From the NCBI GenBank assembly GCA_035505375.1, contig DATJQV010000081.1:30596-94595 (forward strand): a DNA stretch of 64,000 nucleotides. The letters are read 5' to 3'. Made by a program: the position numbers and the translations under genes. Below the pieces are notes generated by a model, which searched no databases, was not told the DNA's origin, and saw nothing but the letters and a program-made list of their open reading frames with translations. Numbering within the stretch: position 1 is the first letter of the stretch; each line of letters starts with the position of its first letter. Of this stretch, positions 8,422 through 15,765 are shown piece by piece. This DNA is from a bacterium (GTDB taxonomy: Bacteria; Hydrothermota; Tepidihabitantia; Tepidihabitantales; Tepidihabitantaceae).

Positions 8422-9501
8422 CTACCTGCTGACAATCACCTTTCGAACGAGCCCTGCGGTCCTCACAAAGTAGACGCCGGGACGCACTTCTACAGCCAGG
8501 CGTCCAGACGCATCTCGCACCGAACATGCACGGCTGGACAGCAGGGAACGCAAAGAGACCGCGGTCATGAGCGTCGCACCTGGTCGCGCCTTACCGACTG
8601 CGGGCCGTTGCTCAGCGACCGCCTCGACGCCTGACACCCAGAAAAACTGCCGCAGGGTGTCGTTCACGTGGTTCGAGTCGTTTGCCAGCGTCGTCCAGGC
8701 GGAGGCGCGGTGTTCCACAGCGGAGTCCGGATGGAAAGGCTTGAACTGGACGTTCGCCGAGTCTCCCGGCTGCACACCGACGTAGACCGTGTCAGTATAG
8801 TAGGAGGCCAGGCCGACGTGCTGGATCGCCATCACGGTCTGGACTGACTCGGCGACGTTGCCCAGGTTCGCCACCCGACAGACCGGGTTGTAGGTGGAAT
8901 CGAGCGCAATCGTGTCGCGCGGACAGGCTATCGCCGTGACCGCCACATCGTGATAGATTTTCACGAGCGAGACGTCGTCGACGTACGTGCTTTCGGTCCC
9001 CGGGCCCGAGTAGCCCCATAGGCGAAAACCGACAAGGCTCTTGCTCCGGTTCAAGTTGCTTGTGACGTCGTATTGCTGCCAGGCAACCGTCGGATTCAAG
9101 ATGAACTCTCCCTGTGACCCATCCGAATAGAGGAAGTCGTATGCCATCACCTGCGCGTTCGGCTGGCGCGACCAGAAGGTGACGCTCAGGATTTCGCTCC
9201 CCGGTGTTGTGTCAACCGACTGCATGATTGGGTAATTCCCGGAGTCGCAGGCGCAGTACGTACCGCTGTGTGGGTAGGTCGTGGTCACGACCCAGTTGCT
9301 GCTCACCCAAGGCGGCAGCGACCCGGTCTCGAATCCGGGATTGAGGAGCAATTCGTGCGAGTCCAAGTGTTGCCCGCACGTATTCGTGCCGGGCATGACA
9401 GCGGCACGAGTATCGACGACGCAGCCGCCGGTTATCACCTGCGCAGCGGCCAAGAGCCCGACTGCGAGCACGAGCGCTAACGCGAATCTCAGCATTTGCA
9501 C
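8422..9501 (-). CDS. Secreted protein: galactose-binding-like/CBM-like N-domain, CARDB-like domain, T9SS-type C-terminal domain
   Basis: 359 aa. Signal MQMLRFALALVLAVGLLAAAQ. LLNPGFETGSLPPWVSSNW motif. HDVAVTAIACP...CRVANLGNVAE (CARDB-like). C-terminus ...RPGVYFVRTAGLVRKVIVSR. Confidence 0.6.
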   Translation of the reverse strand: MQMLRFALALVLAVGLLAAAQVITGGCVVDTRAAVMPGTNTCGQHLDSHELLLNPGFETGSLPPWVSSNWVVTTTYPHSGTYCACDSGNYPIMQSVDTTPGSEILSVTFWSRQPNAQVMAYDFLYSDGSQGEFILNPTVAWQQYDVTSNLNRSKSLVGFRLWGYSGPGTESTYVDDVSLVKIYHDVAVTAIACPRDTIALDSTYNPVCRVANLGNVAESVQTVMAIQHVGLASYYTDTVYVGVQPGDSANVQFKPFHPDSAVEHRASAWTTLANDSNHVNDTLRQFFWVSGVEAVAEQRPAVGKARPGATLMTAVSLRSLLSSRACSVRDASGRLAVEVRPGVYFVRTAGLVRKVIVSR

Positions 9502-9593
9502 CTCCTTTGCGGTCGTGGGATTATACCGCAGGGACGGCGCTCGTCAACCGGCCTTCAGGTCAGGCCGGCGACCTGCTGACGACCGTGCGTGAG

Positions 9594-10385
9594 CTACGCG
9601 CCGACCACGAATGAGGTCATGGTCAGAGAGCCGGCCACCGGCTGGTCGTTGAACCACTTGAGCGGCTCATCTTCGCCGCGGAGCGCGAGGATGTAGAGCA
9701 TCGGCAGGTAGTGCTCGGGCGTCGGCACCGCGAGCTGCGCCGGACGACCCAGCGACTGGTAGTCGAAGAGCTCCTTGTAGCTGCGCTTCGTGGCAAGCGC
9801 GCGGAACTTGCGGTCCGCCTCAACCGCCCAGTCGAACCCGAAGGGCTCGTTGAAGTCATCGCCCCGCAACTCCATCATGCCGAGGTTGTGAACGATGTTC
9901 CCGCTGGCAACTACCAGCACTCCCTCCCGCCGCAGCGGAGCCAACTGCGCTCCAATCTCGAAATGTCGCTTTGGTTCGGCATCGTAGTCCAGGCTCAACT
10001 GCACAACCGGGACATCTGCATCAGGGAACATGCGGGACAGCACGACCCAGCACCCATGGTCCAAACCCCAGCCCTTGTCGAGCTTGGCACCGGACACAAA
10101 GCCGGCTACTTGCCGCGCCAGTTCCGGGCTGCCCGGCGCCGGGTATTGGACCTGGTATAGCTCTTCCGGGAACCCGCCGAAGTCGTGAATGGTGCGCGGG
10201 TGTTCCATCGCGGTCACCTGCACGCCAGCGGTCTCCCAGTGTGCGGAAACGCAAAGGATGGCTTTGGGCTTAGGCAGAGTGCGTGCTACACGTGCCCAAC
10301 CACGACCAAAGGCATTGTCCTCAATGGCATTCATCGGACTTCCATGTCCGACGAACAGCACCGGCATTAGTTTGTTGCCGTTCAT
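9594..10385 (-). CDS. Class III extradiol dioxygenase, LigB/YgiD (4,5-DOPA dioxygenase-like) family
   Basis: Trimmed from the 339-aa ORF to the internal ATG at 10385: MNGNKLMPVLFVGHGSPMNAIEDNAFGRGW...ILCVSAHWET...HDFGGFP. The upstream 76 codons look like open-frame read-through into the uvrC 3' region. Confidence 0.75.
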   Translation of the reverse strand: MNGNKLMPVLFVGHGSPMNAIEDNAFGRGWARVARTLPKPKAILCVSAHWETAGVQVTAMEHPRTIHDFGGFPEELYQVQYPAPGSPELARQVAGFVSGAKLDKGWGLDHGCWVVLSRMFPDADVPVVQLSLDYDAEPKRHFEIGAQLAPLRREGVLVVASGNIVHNLGMMELRGDDFNEPFGFDWAVEADRKFRALATKRSYKELFDYQSLGRPAQLAVPTPEHYLPMLYILALRGEDEPLKWFNDQPVAGSLTMTSFVVGA

Positions 10386-10458
10386 AAGACGGGAAAATGA
10401 GGGACACTCCCACGGAGCGCTTGCGTCCGACTCAGCGCGGTAACGTCCCTGTTTTCCC

Positions 10459-12237
10459 TCACCGAAGCCCTTCAAAAACCTTCTGGGCCAATGCGGAACC
10501 GAAGCCCTTGACCTTGGCAATCTCGTCAACGCTGGCCAGCCGGAGCTTGTCAAGCGAGCCGAAGTGTTGGATAAGGACCTTCTTCCGAAACGGCCCGAGC
10601 CCCGGAATCTCATCCAGCTCCGACTCGACCATCTTCTTGCCGCGCAGCTTGCGGTGAAAGGTGATCGCGAACCGGTGCGACTCGTCCCGGATGCGCTTCA
10701 GCAGTTTCAGAGCGGGCGACGTCACCGGAATCGTGATTTCCCTGCCGTCGTCGTAGTAGAGCGTGTCGGTTCGCTTGGCCAGACCGAGAATGGGTATCTC
10801 GGTGTCGAACTGGCCATAGGCCTTCACCGCTGAAGACAACTGCCCCTTGCCGCCGTCAACCAGCACGAGGTCGGGCAACGGCCGGTTCTTCTCCAGCAGA
10901 CCGCGCACCCTCCGCGCCAGAACTTCTTCCATCATCGCGAAGTCGTTCGACCCGGTCACGGTGCGTATCTTGAACAGGCGGTACTGCTGCTTGGTCGGCC
11001 GGTCATCGCGGAACACCACAATCGAGCCGACCGCGTTCGTGCCCTGCGTATTCGAGATGTCCACGCCCTCAATCAGGCGCGGCACCGCGGAGAGTCCGAG
11101 AATGTCGGCCAACTCTCGGTTACCGGCCGGCACTCGTTCCTCCGGTCTCAGTTCGACCAGCGCCTTCTCGGCATTCGCCCGCGCAAGTTCCATCAGCCGC
11201 ACCTTCTCTCCCCGCTCCGGCACGACTATCTTCACCTTTCGTCCCCGCTTCTCGGCAAACAACGCCTCCAGCGCTTCAGCGTCGTCAATCGCCGCGGGCA
11301 GGATAATCTCTTCCGGGATATCGTGGGTGTGAGTGTGTATTGAACGAACCAGAGTGGAGAGCAGTTCGGAATCGGGCGCATTCTCGCCAGCGGTCAGCGG
11401 ATACTCCTCACGCGAAACGATCTTTCCTTCTCTCACTCGAAACAGCGCGGCGACCGCCGACTTCTTCCCGCGGGCCAGCCCGATGATGTCGCGGCTCGTC
11501 TTGTCCTGCACTACCGCCTGCTGGTTCCTGCTGATGTCGCGGAGGGCCATCAATTGGTCTCGCAGCACGGCCGCGGTCTCGAAGTCCTGTGTTTGCGACG
11601 CGGCCCACATCCTCTGCTCGACCTGCTCGACCAGTTCGTCCGACCGGCCGGAGAGGAATCGAATGACGTCGTTTACCTGGCCGGCATACTGCTCCTTTGT
11701 CGCCTTGTCCGCGCACGGTCCGGAGCAGCGGTTCAACTCGAAGTCGAGGCATGGCCGGTTCGGCCTGTCTTCGGGGAGCCGGTACTTGCACGTCCGCATG
11801 CGGAATATGCGCTTCACGGCCTTCAGCGCCTTCCGCAGCTCCCTGGCCGATGTGTACGGCCCAAAGAAGACGCTGCCGTCGTCCTTGAGGTTCCGGGTCA
11901 CGAAGATGCGCGGGTAAGGTTCGGATGCGGTTATCTTGAGATACGGGAACTTCTTGTCGTCGCGCAGCCGCACGTTGTAGCGCGGCTTCTTGAACTTGAT
12001 GAAGTTCTCTTCGAGGATCAGGGCCTCGACTTCGGAACGGGTGATGACCGTTTCGAGGTCGGCGACCTTGCTCACGAGCGACTGCAGCCGCGGGTCTTCC
12101 TTCGGCTGAGTGTAGGCCTGGAGTCGGTCACGAAGCACTCTCGCCTTGCCGACATACAGCACGCGGCCCTTGCTGTCCTTGAGTAGATAGACGCCAGGCG
12201 CCTCGGGCGCGGTGGCGACCTTGTCAGCGAAGCTCAC
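10459..12237 (-). CDS. uvrC: Excinuclease ABC subunit C
   Basis: GIY-YIG start ...APEAPGVYLLKDSKGRVLYVGKARVLRDRLQAY and C-terminal HhH ...IPGLGPFRKKVLIQHFGSLDKLRLASVDEIAKVKGFG. The start is moved to the in-frame GTG at 12237, because the preceding 34 ORF codons translate an intergenic hairpin repeat. Confidence 0.9.
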   Translation of the reverse strand: MSFADKVATAPEAPGVYLLKDSKGRVLYVGKARVLRDRLQAYTQPKEDPRLQSLVSKVADLETVITRSEVEALILEENFIKFKKPRYNVRLRDDKKFPYLKITASEPYPRIFVTRNLKDDGSVFFGPYTSARELRKALKAVKRIFRMRTCKYRLPEDRPNRPCLDFELNRCSGPCADKATKEQYAGQVNDVIRFLSGRSDELVEQVEQRMWAASQTQDFETAAVLRDQLMALRDISRNQQAVVQDKTSRDIIGLARGKKSAVAALFRVREGKIVSREEYPLTAGENAPDSELLSTLVRSIHTHTHDIPEEIILPAAIDDAEALEALFAEKRGRKVKIVVPERGEKVRLMELARANAEKALVELRPEERVPAGNRELADILGLSAVPRLIEGVDISNTQGTNAVGSIVVFRDDRPTKQQYRLFKIRTVTGSNDFAMMEEVLARRVRGLLEKNRPLPDLVLVDGGKGQLSSAVKAYGQFDTEIPILGLAKRTDTLYYDDGREITIPVTSPALKLLKRIRDESHRFAITFHRKLRGKKMVESELDEIPGLGPFRKKVLIQHFGSLDKLRLASVDEIAKVKGFGSALAQKVFEGLR

Positions 12238-12247
12238 AGTGCTACGT

Positions 12248-12368
12248 GCAAACCCGAAGCTCGAAACCCGAATGACGATTGAATGTCCGAATGACCAAAT
12301 GACGAAGGTCAGGTCTGACATTCGGGTTTCGGGTTTCAATCGTCATTCGGACTTCGGAATTCGTCATT
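12248..12368. repeat. Long imperfect inverted repeat built from tandem words (GAAACCCGAA / CCGAATGACG) between the uvrC start and the rtcB stop
   Basis: The 16-nt segment ccgaatgacgattgaa (about 12267-12283) is perfectly complementary to ttcaatcgtcattcgg (about 12333-12348). Flanking words repeat in both arms. A separate small palindrome cgcgcc-cta-ggcgcg lies at about 12369-12384. Confidence 0.6.
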
Positions 12369-12386
12369 CCGCGCCCTAGGCGCGGG

Positions 12387-13931
12387 TCATCCTTTGACCA
12401 CACCCAGCGGCTTCATGCGCGCCACCTTGCGGCAGATGCCTGCCCGTGTGCAGACGTCCACGACCCTGTCCACATCCTTGTAGGCGTCCGGCACTTCCTC
12501 ACGCAGCACCTCGCGGCTGGCGGCCATCACCATGATGCCCTTCGCCCTGAGCTCTTCGGCGACGTTGCGACGCTCGGTCTCCTTGAGCGCGCGGGTACGG
12601 GACCATACCCGGCCGGCGCCATGGCAGGCCGAGCCGAATGTGTCGGTCTCGGCTTTCTCGGTGCCCAGCAGCAGGTACGAACATGTACCCATATCCCCGG
12701 GAATCAACACCGGCTGGCCGAGATGGCGGTAGCGCGACGGCAGGGCGTGGCTGCCGGTCTGATTATGGCACTGGGTTCCGGAACCGGGCCTGGCCGGTCC
12801 GAACGCACGCGTGGCTCCCTTGCGGTGAACGCACAACCTGACGCAATCCTTGCCGACCGCGTGGGTCTCGAACTTGGCGATGTTGTGGGCGACGTCGTAG
12901 ACCTGGCCCATGCCCAGTCGCTCGAACGGAAGCCCGAGCACCTGGCCGAACGCCTCGCGTACCCAATGCGCGATCGCCTGTCGGTTCGCCCAGGCGTAGT
13001 TGGCCGCGCAGACCATCGCCCCGAAATAGCGTTTGCCCTCAGGCGACTCGATGGGCGCGCAGGCGAGCTGCCGGTCAACCAGCTCGATGCCGTACTTCTT
13101 CGAAACCGCGCCGAGCGTCTTCACGTTGTCGTCGCATATCTGGTACCCGAGCCCGCGCGAGCCGGTGTGGATCATTACCGTTATCTGGCCTTCGGCAATC
13201 CCGAGGTCTCGCGCTGCGCCGAGGTCGTAGACCTCGGCCACTTCCTGGATTTCGAGGAAATGGTTGCCCGCTCCGAGCGTGCCCAGTTGCGGCATCCCGC
13301 GTTCCAACGCGCGCTCCGACACTCCGGTCAGGTCGGCCCCGGCCATGGCTCCGTGCTCCTCGGTGAACTCGAGGTCCTCCTCCGTGCCGTAGCCCTTTTC
13401 GACCGCCCAGCGGGCACCCCGGGTCAGGACCTGTGCCACCTCGGTCTGCGAGATGCGGATCTTGCCCTTTGACCCGACGCCGGATGGCACGTTTTCGTAC
13501 ATCGCCCGGACCAGCTTCTCAAGTAGTGGACTGGTGCGGGACATGACCGAATCGTCCGACGATTTGGATCGTGTCCCAAGCCCGAGATCCTCTCGCGTCA
13601 GCTTCGTCCGGAGCATCCGCACGCCGCAATTGATGTCATAGCCCACGCCGCCGGGCGAAATGACGCCCTCGCTCGTCTCGAACGCGGCCACACCGCCGAT
13701 GGGAAAACCGTAGCCCCAGTGGATGTCAGGCATCGCCATAGACTGCCCAACGATCCCGGGCAGGGTCGCGACGTTCGCCACCTGCTCCGGCGCCTGGTCC
13801 TGCTTGATGTCCTCGAGCAGAGAGGTATCCGAGTAGATGATGCCGTCCACGCGCATCTTCGGATTGTAGCTCTTCGGAATCCGCAGCCGGGTATCGTCAA
13901 TCCGCTCTAACGGTCCGTTCCAGGTGGGCAT
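12387..13931 (-). CDS. rtcB: RNA-splicing ligase RtcB (3'-phosphate/5'-hydroxy ligase) carrying an in-frame repeat-element insertion
   Basis: ...GYDINCGVRMLRT...VPSGVGSKG...HTGSRGLGYQI...HRKGATRA...GQPVLIPGDMGT...CHGAGR. The start is trimmed to the ATG at 13931 (MPTWNGPLERIDD...). Confidence 0.9.
   Translation of the reverse strand: MPTWNGPLERIDDTRLRIPKSYNPKMRVDGIIYSDTSLLEDIKQDQAPEQVANVATLPGIVGQSMAMPDIHWGYGFPIGGVAAFETSEGVISPGGVGYDINCGVRMLRTKLTREDLGLGTRSKSSDDSVMSRTSPLLEKLVRAMYENVPSGVGSKGKIRISQTEVAQVLTRGARWAVEKGYGTEEDLEFTEEHGAMAGADLTGVSERALERGMPQLGTLGAGNHFLEIQEVAEVYDLGAARDLGIAEGQITVMIHTGSRGLGYQICDDNVKTLGAVSKKYGIELVDRQLACAPIESPEGKRYFGAMVCAANYAWANRQAIAHWVREAFGQVLGLPFERLGMGQVYDVAHNIAKFETHAVGKDCVRLCVHRKGATRAFGPARPGSGTQCHNQTGSHALPSRYRHLGQPVLIPGDMGTCSYLLLGTEKAETDTFGSACHGAGRVWSRTRALKETERRNVAEELRAKGIMVMAASREVLREEVPDAYKDVDRVVDVCTRAGICRKVARMKPLGVVKG
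13536..13586 (+). repeat. GGGACA hairpin element, copy inside the rtcB coding sequence
   Basis: gcgggacatgacc-gaatcgtccgacgattt-ggatcgtgtcccaagcccgag. Same architecture as the copies at 30536-30588 (+) and 19566-19616 (-). Translated in the rtcB frame as ...GLGTRSKSSDDSVMSRT... Confidence 0.75.
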
Positions 13932-14297
13932 GAGAGAGTATAGAGACGAGGGACACCGTGCGCAACCAGCGACCAGTGCCCCCCAGGACAAGACGAAGTC
14001 AGAACCTAGAAGCTAGAGCACAGACCGCGGAATTCCGGAACACTCCAACCCCTGTAATCTCGCTTCCAACTTCTGGCTTCGTTCGACCATAAACGTTCAC
14101 CAGCAAGTCTCCAATCCCGACACCGAAATCCCGAAGGCACGAAAGACCCGTAACAGACGGGTGCAGAACGCCACCAGCCCGTTTCATTCCGTCTTCGTGT
14201 CTTGGTGGCCGTCAATATCGGACTCAGTCCGGTCATCGCTGCTTGACTCAGGTCTGCCGGAGGCTAAGCTCCCTGCCTTACCCAACAGGAGGACTGT

Positions 14298-15635
14298 ATG
14301 ATGATACGATTTCTGCTTCTTCTTGCAGCCGGACTGACTTCGGTTCAGGCCGCCGGGCTCCAGGTGCCGCGGTACGGACTGAAGCCGGGCATGGTGCTGT
14401 GGTACTCGGGCCTGTCCGACACAAAGGACCCGCACGGCACAAGCCACAGCGCGCGACTGCGCGAGCACTGGATGCTCAGCGATTCCGGCGGAACGTTCCG
14501 GGTGCTGATGCGCGTCGTGGACAACTCATACAGGACCGATACCGCCGGCAAGCGAATCGACCAGCCGGCGCAAAGCGGCTGGGAGCTGTTCGAGATGACT
14601 CCGGACGGGAAGTTGCTGCGCGACCAGTCGACCATCGACGTGGACGTGTCGGCGCTGTTCCCGCCGCTGCCGCCCGACTCGGGCGCTGCCGCGGCCGGCT
14701 GGCAGCACACCGACACCTTCGTCGGGTCGGTAGACCACTACCGGCTGGACAACAAGAGCCTGTCCGACAGCTTGTGGCTCATCGACTGGAACCGGTCCAC
14801 GCCCTTCGACAGCATCTACGGGCCACAAACTGCCAAGGCACGCGTGACTTTCAACACCCGGCGCGGTCTGCCGCTGCGGCGCGAGAGCAGGAGCGCGGAC
14901 ACGGCAAACAAGCGGGAATCGCAGGGGACAATCGTGCTCGATTCCGTCACGAAGTTCGACGCCGCCAGTCTGCCGCCGCAAATTCGGGCGGTCCTCGCCT
15001 ACTTCGATGTGAAGAAGGCCTACGACGCAGAAGGCGACAAGGCCGACCCTGACGACACTACCGGCGCGGCCGACAAGCGCGCCCTGGCAATCCTCCAGAA
15101 CGCGCTTGAACATACGCAGGACAGCACCGTGGCCGGAATGCTGAAACGGGACATCAACCAGCAGCAACAGTCAAGCGCATACCAGCTCGCCGAAACCAAG
15201 ACTCGTGTGGAATGGCGCGGCAAGCCCGCTCCGGCGTGGGCGCTCACCGACCTCGACGGCAAGAAGCACTCGCTCAGCGACTATCGGGGCAAGGTGCTCG
15301 TGCTCGACTGGTGGTACAAGAACTGTCCGTGGTGCATGCTCGCCATGCCCAAACTCACCGAGGTCGCCCGGCGCTACGCCGACCGGCCCGTGGTGATTCT
15401 GGGCATGAACGTGGACAAGGACACAAACGACGCGCGGTTCGCGGTCACGAAGGTCAAGCCGGGATACTCCAGCCTCATCGCGGGCAAGGAAACCGCAAAG
15501 CAGTACGGCGTGACCGGCTACCCGACGCTCTTCATCGTCGACAAGAAGGGCAAAGTCGCGGACGTCCACGTCGGGTACGACAAGGACCTCACAGCGTTAC
15601 TGTCTAAGAAGCTCGATGCTCTCCTAGCGCACTGA
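14298..15635 (+). CDS. Secreted protein with C-terminal TlpA/ResA-like thioredoxin domain (thiol-disulfide oxidoreductase)
   Basis: 445 aa. Signal MMIRFLLLLAAGLTSVQAAG. C-terminal domain ...KVLVLDWWYKNCPWCMLAMPKL...GYPTLFIVDKKGKV with a CPWC active site. GGAGG lies 6 nt upstream of the ATG. Confidence 0.8.
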   Translation: MMIRFLLLLAAGLTSVQAAGLQVPRYGLKPGMVLWYSGLSDTKDPHGTSHSARLREHWMLSDSGGTFRVLMRVVDNSYRTDTAGKRIDQPAQSGWELFEMTPDGKLLRDQSTIDVDVSALFPPLPPDSGAAAAGWQHTDTFVGSVDHYRLDNKSLSDSLWLIDWNRSTPFDSIYGPQTAKARVTFNTRRGLPLRRESRSADTANKRESQGTIVLDSVTKFDAASLPPQIRAVLAYFDVKKAYDAEGDKADPDDTTGAADKRALAILQNALEHTQDSTVAGMLKRDINQQQQSSAYQLAETKTRVEWRGKPAPAWALTDLDGKKHSLSDYRGKVLVLDWWYKNCPWCMLAMPKLTEVARRYADRPVVILGMNVDKDTNDARFAVTKVKPGYSSLIAGKETAKQYGVTGYPTLFIVDKKGKVADVHVGYDKDLTALLSKKLDALLAH

Positions 15636-15657
15636 CCTCGCCGACCTCTAGTTTCGC

Positions 15658-15679
15658 GCGGGGCTTAGGCAGGCCCCGC
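15658..15679. terminator. GC-rich hairpin between convergent genes (possible bidirectional terminator)
   Basis: gcggggc-ttaggcag-gccccgc (7-bp stem) between the stops at 15635 (+) and 15766 (-). No clear U-tract. Confidence 0.35.
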
Positions 15680-15765
15680 CGGGTCAGAGCTTGTGCTTGA
15701 GCTTAGGCTTGCTCTCATGGCCTGAAGCTCCCCAGTCGCCTGCCGCAACTGCAGCGATGCAACGC

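Noticed and set aside
10386-10613. Long N-terminal extensions given by the ORF track: 10386-10613 (ygiD-like), 12238-12339 (uvrC), 13932-13991 (rtcB), 29007-29147 (GNAT), 30476-30580 (MATE), 58941-59027 (flavoprotein), 60955-61008 (nusB), 61634-61765 (ribH), 37474-37668 (clp), 48111-48200 (methyltransferase) and 49118-49195 (YVTN).
   Set aside because: Family alignments, as I recall them, begin at internal starts. The extensions translate intergenic repeats or overlap the neighbouring gene, and better-placed start codons exist, some with SD sequences.
13536-13586. Intein or mini-intein in rtcB.
   Set aside because: At about 17 codons it is far too short and has no intein splicing motifs. The sequence is a copy of an intergenic repeat.
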